From the NCBI GenBank assembly GCA_048938295.1, contig JBHLMI010000029.1, positions 1 through 27,805 of the forward strand: 27,805 nt of DNA. The letters are read 5' to 3'. Below the pieces are notes generated by a model, which saw only the letters and a program-made list of their open reading frames with translations, was not told where the DNA came from and ran no database searches. This document shows, piece by piece, positions 18,599 to 26,317 of the stretch. Every line of letters begins with the position of its first letter. Position 1 is the first letter of the stretch. Position numbers and translations under genes: made by a program. Source of the DNA: Promethearchaeota archaeon (GTDB lineage Archaea; Asgardarchaeota; Hermodarchaeia; Hermodarchaeales; Hermodarchaeaceae).

Positions 18599-20660
18599 GA
18601 GGACTCAAACAATCGTTGGCTTCGATATTCTTCCTCAGAGTTCGCCATCCGCGCGAAAACAACCGCGTTATGCCTTGGCTGTTCTAAAAGGAAATCATGT
18701 TGAAACTGTTGACTCTGTTAGACGCACTGAATTATTGGCAAAAGTTCGTCAAGTGAAACCCGATATCTTTGCTACTGATAATTTGCTTGAGCTAGCTACT
18801 ACTGAAAAAGGTGTAATTGATTTTCTTTCAAAAATTCCTTCAAAAACGCGGATAATTCAGGTAACCGGATCTCCAGTTCATGGGATGACCTCATTATCGA
18901 AGTTATCAAAAAGACATGGATTAGGAGACAAGAAACACCTTGCACCTATTGAAGCGGCAACTATAATCGCTCAGCTTGCCGCCATAGGCGTTGGCACAGA
19001 GATTTCGGTCTTAACTCAAGAAACTCAAATCACAGTCTCGCGATCGAGAAATATTGGTCCCGGTGGTTTTTCTCAAGGCCGATTTCAAAGGCGAATGCAT
19101 GGAGCTATCCAGCAGGTTGCTCGGAACATTATTGAAAAACTCGAGAAATCCCAGATGGATTTCGATCAGTATGAGACACGAACCTCTCATGGCTGGTCAC
19201 GCTGTGTAATCCACATTTATGATTCTATTGATAATGTGACCAGGATTGTCCACTCTGAAGTAAATCGTATTGCAGGAGTAGCAGTACGTATTTCACCCGT
19301 GAAACACCGTACGATTTTGTACCTTCAACAAAAGGATAGGATCGAGCAGCTAAGCCCCCGTCAATCATTAGTTGTTGGCATTGATTCAGGAACAACAGTC
19401 GGCATAGCAATTTCAGACATATCAGGACGAATTATTACCCTTCATAGTGGTCGAGGGATGTCGCGGGGAGATGTGATCCGATATCTTGTCAATTACGGAA
19501 AGCCGATACTTATCACTGCCGATGTGTCACCAGCACCAAACTTCATCGAAAAACTTAGCACCACCCTGCAGGTACCCCTTCATGTACCAGAGCGGTTACT
19601 TTCAGTTGTTGAAAAGCGCGAATTGGCAAAATCATTAGCTAAAGATTCCGAGTTTCAACCCCACAACGCCCATCAGCGGGATGCTTTAGCCGCCATAGGT
19701 AATGTTTTCCTAACTTACGAACGGAAGTTGAAACTTCTCCGAACTCGAATAAACGAGAGCGAAAACCAGCATTCAGTAGCTGAAGCCACCAAGGTGATTC
19801 TACAAGGGGGCCCCATTCATGAGGCCCTTGACAAGTCCATAATATTACCTGATTTGAAACCATTTGAAACTGATTCTCCCAAACCCGCTAGTACCGCAGA
19901 GAAAATTCTCACGATTGAAGAACTTCAAGAGTGTATTCAGCAATTACGGCGACAAGTTAGCTCACTCACACGTCAATTAGAATACGAGAAACACAAACTT
20001 GTACAAAGGGAAGCGACAATTCGGGAAATCGAAGAGAGATCCCGACAAACTGAGCGACAACTGAATCGGGTTTTGAATCTTGAAGAGCGCGAACAAAGAC
20101 GAGATGAAGTAATTCGAAGAAAGAATGAGGAGATCGATAGGCTCCGACATAGAATCGAGAAAACAGATAAGGAACTTGAAAACGCCGAGCAAACGATTTC
20201 GAGCTTGAAACTAATGCGACGCCTAGAAAACCTCGGAGAAGTACAACCTGTTCTCGTGCTTCCGCATTTTTCGCAAGATGACATAAGACGAATAACAACT
20301 CGCTATTCAAAGAGAAAGAGAAAAATCATCTTAATTCAGGATCCAAGTGGTGGTGGCAGTTCAACTGCAGAACAATTAATCGAATTTGGTGTCCAAGTAA
20401 TCATGTCAAACGGGACGATGTCGCATTTAGCACTCGAGCAGTTCACTGCCTCCCATATCCCGGTTATTGAAGCAAAGAAACTACGGATTACGCTGGTTGA
20501 TGAATTTGCGGTTGTCGATGTAAAGCAATTAGAAGAAGAGATTAGAATCTGGCAAGAAGGACATAAAGTTTCGGAACGAGAGGAAGCCGCAGATGCGTTA
20601 GAACGTCTTATAGAGGCATATCGACTCGAAAGACGAAATGAAGAATCAGGACGAAAATAA
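18576..20660 (+). CDS. DUF460-domain protein (RNase H-like fold plus long coiled coil)
   Basis: GFDI, GPGGFSQ.RF.R, VVGID.GTTVGIA, ITADVSPAP, N.HQRDALAA, C-terminal coiled coil. Confidence 0.85.
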   Translation: MRKDGMIERTQTIVGFDILPQSSPSARKQPRYALAVLKGNHVETVDSVRRTELLAKVRQVKPDIFATDNLLELATTEKGVIDFLSKIPSKTRIIQVTGSPVHGMTSLSKLSKRHGLGDKKHLAPIEAATIIAQLAAIGVGTEISVLTQETQITVSRSRNIGPGGFSQGRFQRRMHGAIQQVARNIIEKLEKSQMDFDQYETRTSHGWSRCVIHIYDSIDNVTRIVHSEVNRIAGVAVRISPVKHRTILYLQQKDRIEQLSPRQSLVVGIDSGTTVGIAISDISGRIITLHSGRGMSRGDVIRYLVNYGKPILITADVSPAPNFIEKLSTTLQVPLHVPERLLSVVEKRELAKSLAKDSEFQPHNAHQRDALAAIGNVFLTYERKLKLLRTRINESENQHSVAEATKVILQGGPIHEALDKSIILPDLKPFETDSPKPASTAEKILTIEELQECIQQLRRQVSSLTRQLEYEKHKLVQREATIREIEERSRQTERQLNRVLNLEEREQRRDEVIRRKNEEIDRLRHRIEKTDKELENAEQTISSLKLMRRLENLGEVQPVLVLPHFSQDDIRRITTRYSKRKRKIILIQDPSGGGSSTAEQLIEFGVQVIMSNGTMSHLALEQFTASHIPVIEAKKLRITLVDEFAVVDVKQLEEEIRIWQEGHKVSEREEAADALERLIEAYRLERRNEESGRK

Positions 20661-20679
20661 ATTCCTGATGGAACAGAAC

Positions 20680-20940
20680 CTAGTCTTTGTTTTCCCAGAT
20701 AATTTGGGTAAGATCGGGTTTAATGTATAGGATATTATTTCCCCGAATCAAAACCTCACCAAATTTAGCAGTTGGATTACCATCCATGAGCTCCTCAGCC
20801 CCTTCAAGAACGAGGTTCATGTACATATCAATCTCCTTCAGACGACCTCGATATTCTTTTCCATCTTTGAGTTTAATTAAGATTAAGTTATTTGTAGCCT
20901 TTTGTAAGATTTTGATGGGCTGGTTCTCCACGGTCTTCAA
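20680..20940 (-). CDS. Sm/LSm-like archaeal protein (SmAP)
   Basis: Sm1 (IKLKDGKEYRGRLKEIDMYMNLVLEGAEE) and Sm2 (GEVLIRGNNI) motifs. Confidence 0.92.
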   Translation of the reverse strand: MKTVENQPIKILQKATNNLILIKLKDGKEYRGRLKEIDMYMNLVLEGAEELMDGNPTAKFGEVLIRGNNILYIKPDLTQIIWENKD

Positions 20941-21025
20941 CCTCGAGAGTAGTCCTGCTAATTGTCATTTGACACTTAAAGCTAACGGTCGGATGGATAA
21001 GCAAGGAAACAGAAATTTGCTTCAT

Positions 21026-21571
21026 TTATATCAACTGGAACACTATGCCATCATCCTCATCGGCAAGATTTTCAAACTGTGAAATCAAGGCGAAATCAGC
21101 TTTAATAGCCGATTCGAGTTCATCAAGAGGCAGGGTTTTCGAAAGACTGGTAATTGCACACAGTCCATCTTTTTGTAATACGCGAATCAGTTCGGCAGTT
21201 CCTTGATGAATATCTGCGCAGTTCTGTATAACAGTGATACTGACAACTGTGGGAACACTATGATCCCGAAAGGGTAAGGCTTCAGCTACGGCACACACTA
21301 AGGACACAGTTCGCTGTTTATAATTCTCCTCCTTGATCTGCTCAATAGCATACCTTAACATCTCAACAGCACCATCAACACCCACTATTGGAGAAAATTT
21401 GATTAGCGAAGGTAAACCAATTCCTGTTCCGATTCCCACATCAATGATAGGACCCTCAATGAGAAATGGAGCTATTGCTTGATATTTCATCCGTTGAATC
21501 TGGCGATAACGAAGATGGTAAGTGGGTGCTGACTCATTGTACAATCTAATCTTGTGCACAATTTCTATCAA
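21026..21571 (-). CDS. Class I SAM-dependent methyltransferase
   Basis: IIDVGIGTG motif I, VGVDGAVEML, AEALPFRD.S. Confidence 0.82.
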   Translation of the reverse strand: MIEIVHKIRLYNESAPTYHLRYRQIQRMKYQAIAPFLIEGPIIDVGIGTGIGLPSLIKFSPIVGVDGAVEMLRYAIEQIKEENYKQRTVSLVCAVAEALPFRDHSVPTVVSITVIQNCADIHQGTAELIRVLQKDGLCAITSLSKTLPLDELESAIKADFALISQFENLADEDDGIVFQLI

Positions 21572-21599
21572 TAAGTGAATACTTATTTAGTCATATTGG

Positions 21600-22436
21600 G
21601 TGACTCCGACGGGACTGACTTTGCCTGAGTATGAATATTCAGTTAACGACAAGATTTGGCTTCTTCAGTCACCTTCACTTGAACAAGCCCAAACAATGCT
21701 CAACGATGCCTTATTGCAGAAAAGACTTATCCAAATCATCGGCACATGCTTTGTCGAATATCAAGGTCGTGCCCGCTCTGTGCTGACAGAAGGCGAACGC
21801 CTAATAATTCTGAAACGCGATGGCAGCATTTTAGTTCACAAAGAAAACGGCGTCGAACCAGTAAACTGGCAGCCACCTGGCGCGACCATTAAAGTCACCT
21901 TTGAGAATGACACACTCTTCTTATTCGCCAACCGTGCAAAGCCACGCGAAACGGTTCGAATCGAATTCTACTCTCTCACCATGCTTAGTGCTGCAATCGT
22001 TGAGGATCCCGGCGAATTTAATATGTATTTAACTGAAGCCGAAATGCAACAGATTCTCAGTGCTCATCCTGAACTGATCGAACCCGGGCTCCGTACTATT
22101 CAACGTGAAAGACAGGTAGCACCGGGCTTCATCGATATCTTCGCCCGTGACAACGAAGGGCGTCTAGTAGTCGTTGAAATAAAACGCCGTAGAGCTGATA
22201 GCGAAGCAGTTCATCAACTACACAGCTACATGAAAAGCTTCCAATCTCATGAATCAACTCAACTTCGGGGCATTCTCGTAGCACCCAGTCTCACTAAGGG
22301 TACCTATGCGCTCTTAGAACAACTCGGCTTAGAATACAAAAAAATCGAACCGCAACAATGTGCGACCTACCTTCATCAAACTGGGTCACATAAAATCACA
22401 GATTTTCTTTCCGATTCCGAGAAACAGCAAGACTAG
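21600..22436 (+). CDS. nucS: Endonuclease NucS / EndoMS
   Basis: C.VEYQGRA.S.L..GER..ILK.DGS.LVH, EPVNWQPPG, E.EMQ, GFIDI.A.D, VVVEIKRRRA...AV.QL..Y, RGILVAPS. Confidence 0.92.
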   Translation: MTPTGLTLPEYEYSVNDKIWLLQSPSLEQAQTMLNDALLQKRLIQIIGTCFVEYQGRARSVLTEGERLIILKRDGSILVHKENGVEPVNWQPPGATIKVTFENDTLFLFANRAKPRETVRIEFYSLTMLSAAIVEDPGEFNMYLTEAEMQQILSAHPELIEPGLRTIQRERQVAPGFIDIFARDNEGRLVVVEIKRRRADSEAVHQLHSYMKSFQSHESTQLRGILVAPSLTKGTYALLEQLGLEYKKIEPQQCATYLHQTGSHKITDFLSDSEKQQD

Positions 22437-22978
22437 CTGATGCACGACCAAGCAATTTGGCGAAAGGCTTCTGTAACACCTTGTCCCTCTTTGGCACTAG
22501 TCTCTAAATACCCCCATCCCAGTTGCTCTGCGTATTCCATAGCCTCTTCGGTTGAAGTCTGACGCTGTTCCACTAAATCCACTTTATTCGCTATTAATAC
22601 GGTCGGAACTGCACCCGTTACTTGTGAAACCTCTGTATACCACTGTGGAATATTATCAAATGTCTGACGACGAGAGGTGTCAAAAACTAGAATAATACCA
22701 GCAGCACCACGATAGAAGACAGGACGAACAGAACTAAAATGTGGTTGTCCTGCTAAGTCCCACAACTGTAATCTAACTAACGTATCCCCAAAGTCGAGTT
22801 CTTTTACCGCGAAACTCGTACCAACTTTCATGTTCCATCTGAATTACAGATGGAATGTCATGATATACGATTCGCGGAAATGTCCTTCTGTGTAACGGAT
22901 GATGAGGCTAGTTTTGCCTACGGCTCCATCACCTACGACACAGACTTTGAGTACGTATTGGCGTTGTTGTACACTCAT
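22433..22978 (-). CDS. Rab-like small GTPase, split by a 30-nt BHB intron: exons 22978-22857 and 22826-22433, 171 aa spliced
   Basis: Exon 1 translates as MSVQQRQYVLKVCVVGDGAVGKTSLIIRYTEGHFRESYIM(T), including the G1 P-loop, with a GGAG SD upstream. Exon 2 is in the same frame: VGTSFAVKE..LQLWDLAGQ (G3)..FYRGA..NKVD (G4)..ETSAK (G5). The ORF track shows only 22433-22831 because of an in-frame TAA at 22846-22844. Confidence 0.9.
22827..22856 (-). other. Predicted 30-nt bulge-helix-bulge (BHB) intron in mRNA
   Basis: Minus strand: CATG-AC^A-TTCCATCTG-TAATT-CAGATGGAA-CATG-AA^A. This gives a 4-bp central helix (CATG/CATG), two 3-nt bulges on opposite strands and a perfect 9-bp inner stem. Confidence 0.85.
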
Positions 22979-23148
22979 GTAGCCTTGCTCCTAGCGAGGG
23001 CTCGGTTTGTCTGACTTACGTCTGAAAGCATATATTGGTTTCGTTCATCAAGGGCTTTGGGGGGTAGGTAATTAATTTCGCCCAATGATTTTTATGCAGT
23101 TGAAGGGTGTTAGGGTCACGCTATGAACTATTGGAGCAGAATCTCAAT

Positions 23149-26121
23149 ATGCCAGTTTCAGAACTTCCCAAGAAATTCGATTCTCTCTCCTTAGAACAGG
23201 AGATACTAGAGTTTTGGCAGAAACACCAAGTGTATGACCAGGTCACAGAGCGGCTTAAGAATCGACCAGTCTTCCAATTTCTTGATGGTCCACCTTATAC
23301 CACCGGTGCTATTCATCTTGGAACTGCTTGGAACAAGATTATGAAGGATCTGGTTCTGCGGTATCAGCGGATGCGAGGGCTCCGTGTAATCGATACGCCA
23401 GGATTTGACATGCACGGATTACCCATTGAAGTGCATGTTGAGAAGGAACTGGGCATCAAATCGAAACTGGATATTGAAAAAACAATCGGGGTTGACAGAT
23501 TCACCAAAAGATGCCAAGAGTTTGCTCTCTCGAATTTAGATACCATGACAAAGCAATTTCAACGATTGGGAGTCTGGATGGATTGGAATCGTCCTTACCG
23601 AACCTTAGATAATCCATACATTGAAGGCACCTGGTATCTGATGAAAAAAGCCCATGAACGCGGCTTCCTATACCGGGGACTCCGTTCGATTGATTGCTGC
23701 GTTCGGTGTGAAACAGCCATCGCAAAACGTGAACACGAGTATCGTACAATTGAAGACTATTCAATTTGGGTCAAGTTCCCTGTCATTAATCGAACAGACG
23801 AGTTTATCATCATCTGGACAACAACACCTTGGACATTACCTGCCAATATGGCGGTGATGGTAAATCCTGAATTTCAATATGTTCGAGTTCAAGTTGACAA
23901 GGAAGTATGGATACTCGCAAAGGGACTTGCGAATATAATTCTCCAAGGACTCCTGGACAAGCCGTACAAGGTCATTGAAGAAGTAAAAGGTTCAGATCTC
24001 GTTGGTCTCCGCTATAAGCATCCTCTAGTGGATGAGGTTCCTCGTCAAGCGAAATTCCACCAAGAATCCATAAAAGTTCATTCCATAGTGCCTAGCGACG
24101 AATACGTAACACTTGAACAAGGAACTGGCCTCGTTCATATGGCACCTGGGCATGGTCCCCAAGATTTTGAAGTAGGTGAACGGGAAGGAATTCCCATATT
24201 TTGCCCAGTTACACTTTCTGGCACATTTTCTGAAGAGGGTGGAAAATATGCAGGAATGAAGGTTCAAAAGGCCAGTGAAGTTATTCTTGCAGACCTGCGA
24301 AAGAAGGGCTTACTCATTCATCAAGATACCATTGAACACGAATACGCCCATTGCTGGCGATGTGGTAGCCCCCTAATCTATCTAGCCACAGATCAATGGT
24401 TTTTACGAGTTAGTGATCTTAGTAATGAAATCATCAAGAGGAATGAGGATATCCGATGGATTCCTGACTGGGCAGGTCACACATGGTTCCGAAACTGGGT
24501 ACAAAATCTGCGTGACTGGTGCATCTCCCGCCAACGGTACTGGGGTGCACCTTTACCCATCTGGAACTGTGACAAGTGCAAGCATATAGAAGTTATTGGC
24601 AGTGCAGACGAATTAACCGAAAAAACTGGTAAGAAGCTAGAGAATCTTCATCGTCCCTGGGTCGATGAAGTCACGTGGAGTTGCAGTAAATGTAATGGTA
24701 CTATGTCTCGGGTGAGTGATGTTCTCGATGTATGGTTAGACAGTGGAGTAGCGCCCTGGGCAACACGATGGGCAACCTTCGGGACCAAAGACTTTGATAA
24801 TTGGGAAGCTGCAGAGTTTGTCATCGAAGGTAAAGATCAAATCAGCAATTGGTTTAACACACTCTTCAACTCGACCATGTTGGTGGCAGACAGAGAACCC
24901 TACAGGAACGTGTATATGCATGGATTCACCACTGACGAACAAGGCCGACCTATGTCTAAATCAAAGGGCGTGGGAGTACTTCCCGAGGAAATTGTCGAGA
25001 AAGTCGGGGCAGACACACTCCGAATTTATAGTATCAAAAGCACCGGGCCTGGCGAAGATATGCGCTTCCTCTGGAAGGATGTTGAGGATACCCGGCGCAG
25101 CATTTCGATTCTGTGGAATGTCTACGTTTTTGCTACAACGTTCATGAAAGCCGCAAATTACGATCCAAAATTACATGAATTTAAACTGAAGTTGCTTCAG
25201 GATGAGGATCGTTGGATTCTTTCTCAGTTGCACTTGCTTATCAAGCAAGTCACTGAACGCCTGGACGAATACGAATTACCATACGTCCCCCGGTTAATGG
25301 AAGACTTCGTAGTAAGGGACCTCAGTCGATGGTATATCAAACTCATTCGTCCCCGAACCTGGGTGAGTTCTCAGGACGAAACGAAGACCGCTGCCTTCAC
25401 AACGCTGTATCATGTATTACGGATCCTTCTAGCGGTTCTAGCTCCTGTTCTACCATTCCTAACAGAAAAGATGTACCAAGCCTTGGTCCGACCCGTTGAA
25501 GCAGATGCACCTATTAGTGTTCACATGCTCTCCTGGCCATCTCTAGATCCGAATTTGATTAATCCTGAACTGAGCCAAGAAATGGAGTGGGTGTCTGAGA
25601 TTGTTGATGCAGCGCAGCATATTCGGCAACAAGTGGGACTCAAACTTCGATGGCCCTGTCAACGCCTAGTAATCTTGCCTTCAAAGAAAGAATTCCAATT
25701 GGACCACTTCAGCGACGTGGTCGCCAGTCAAACAAATGTAAAAACTGTTCAAATCCTCAAGAAAGTTAAAGGTGACGATTTGAAAGCGATGGAGCTACCC
25801 TTTGCTACAATATACCTCGACATTTCAGAAACCCCTGAACTCCGTGCTGAACGTCTTTCTCGAGATGTAATCAGACAAATTCAAGCAACTCGCAAAAAAG
25901 CAGGTCTTCACGTTACACAACATATTGAATTATTTGTGGCAACAACGTCAAATGATCTGAGGCAAGCAATTAAGGATACAGCTGATGCTATATCAACGAA
26001 GGTTGGAGCTTCTCAGTTGAATATCAGTGAAGAACTTCCCGCTCTTGAATGGACCGCCAAGGATAAACTCAAATTCGCAAAGGAAAAAATCAGCTTTGCC
26101 TTTTTAGTGAGAAAGAAATAG
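23149..26121 (+). CDS. ileS: Isoleucyl-tRNA synthetase (archaeal/eukaryote type)
   Basis: DGPPYTTGAIHLGT (HIGH), PGFDMHGLPIE, WTTTPWTLP.N, GTGLVHMAPGHG, DWCISRQRYWG, MSKS motif. Start is ATG 23149, or GTG 23107. Confidence 0.96.
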   Translation: MPVSELPKKFDSLSLEQEILEFWQKHQVYDQVTERLKNRPVFQFLDGPPYTTGAIHLGTAWNKIMKDLVLRYQRMRGLRVIDTPGFDMHGLPIEVHVEKELGIKSKLDIEKTIGVDRFTKRCQEFALSNLDTMTKQFQRLGVWMDWNRPYRTLDNPYIEGTWYLMKKAHERGFLYRGLRSIDCCVRCETAIAKREHEYRTIEDYSIWVKFPVINRTDEFIIIWTTTPWTLPANMAVMVNPEFQYVRVQVDKEVWILAKGLANIILQGLLDKPYKVIEEVKGSDLVGLRYKHPLVDEVPRQAKFHQESIKVHSIVPSDEYVTLEQGTGLVHMAPGHGPQDFEVGEREGIPIFCPVTLSGTFSEEGGKYAGMKVQKASEVILADLRKKGLLIHQDTIEHEYAHCWRCGSPLIYLATDQWFLRVSDLSNEIIKRNEDIRWIPDWAGHTWFRNWVQNLRDWCISRQRYWGAPLPIWNCDKCKHIEVIGSADELTEKTGKKLENLHRPWVDEVTWSCSKCNGTMSRVSDVLDVWLDSGVAPWATRWATFGTKDFDNWEAAEFVIEGKDQISNWFNTLFNSTMLVADREPYRNVYMHGFTTDEQGRPMSKSKGVGVLPEEIVEKVGADTLRIYSIKSTGPGEDMRFLWKDVEDTRRSISILWNVYVFATTFMKAANYDPKLHEFKLKLLQDEDRWILSQLHLLIKQVTERLDEYELPYVPRLMEDFVVRDLSRWYIKLIRPRTWVSSQDETKTAAFTTLYHVLRILLAVLAPVLPFLTEKMYQALVRPVEADAPISVHMLSWPSLDPNLINPELSQEMEWVSEIVDAAQHIRQQVGLKLRWPCQRLVILPSKKEFQLDHFSDVVASQTNVKTVQILKKVKGDDLKAMELPFATIYLDISETPELRAERLSRDVIRQIQATRKKAGLHVTQHIELFVATTSNDLRQAIKDTADAISTKVGASQLNISEELPALEWTAKDKLKFAKEKISFAFLVRKK

Positions 26122-26134
26122 GTGTGCCAACACA

Positions 26135-26140
26135 TTTAAG
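26135..26140 (+). promoter_or_regulatory. Putative TATA box of the tRNA gene
   Basis: TTTAAG about 30 nt upstream of the mature tRNA 5' end, in the ileS-tRNA spacer. Confidence 0.35.
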
Positions 26141-26198
26141 CCACGGAAAAACATCACAGATTTCACAAGGGCACGTGGCTTAGCCTGATGGAGCGCCG

Positions 26199-26229
26199 AA
26201 CCGCTGTGCACTTTGCACGGGGTGTGTAT
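26199..26229 (+). other. Non-canonical-position (29/30) BHB-like tRNA intron, 31 nt
   Basis: Central helix GCGC (26193-96) with GTGT (26224-27), two G-U wobbles. Bulges CG^A and AT^G. Inner stem ACC/GGT plus GTGCA/TGCAC. The outer helix is weak (relaxed motif). Confidence 0.7.
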
Positions 26230-26237
26230 GCCTTATA

Positions 26238-26275
26238 TGGAGTCGCTCCGAACATTCGTTTGCGAAGCCTAGGTT
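26238..26275 (+). other. Canonical-position (37/38) BHB tRNA intron, 38 nt
   Basis: C32-T33-T34-A35 pairs with intron TAGG (26270-26273). Bulges are TA^T and TT^A. Inner GG/CC pairs and the outer C31-G39 stem are present. Confidence 0.85.
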
Positions 26276-26317
26276 AGCCGGAGGTCGCGGGTTTGAATCC
26301 CGCCGTGCCCACCACTT

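Larger units (their letters stand above)
26169..26314 (+). tRNA. tRNA-Ile(UAU) with two introns (26199-26229 at 29/30 and 26238-26275 at 37/38); CCA encoded
   Basis: Acceptor GGGCACG/CGTGCCC, A73, CCA. D stem GCTT/GAGC. T arm GCGGG-TTTGAAT-CCCGC. Removing both introns gives anticodon stem CCGGC/GCCGG, loop CT-TAT-AA and a 77-nt mature tRNA. Confidence 0.85.

Noticed and set aside
1822-22436. Three convergent gene pairs sharing palindromic stop codons (TTAA 1822-1825, CTAG 5914-5917, CTAG 22433-22436)
   Set aside because: A common consequence of compact prokaryotic gene packing, not a distinct system.
22433-22450. C-terminal ..WSCIS as a prenylation signal
   Set aside because: The Cys is third from the end, so it is not CaaX, CC or CxC.
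22433-22831. ORF-track 132-aa GTPase as the complete gene, or the locus as a pseudogene or sequencing error
   Set aside because: It lacks the P-loop, which lies in frame just upstream. A structured 30-nt insert is not a typical sequencing error, and both exons are free of other lesions.
22827-22862. GTPase insert as a MITE or transposon footprint with a CATGA target-site duplication
   Set aside because: Precise removal at the direct repeat gives Lys instead of the conserved G2 Thr. The repeat is fully explained by the self-complementary CATG central helix of the BHB.
26268-26281. Alternative reading as tRNA-Pro(AGG) from GC-CT-AGG-TTA-GCCGG
   Set aside because: It gives an 8-nt loop with a pyrimidine at 37. 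The TAGG is better explained as the BHB helix partner of nts 32-35, and A73 plus the ileS adjacency fit Ile.
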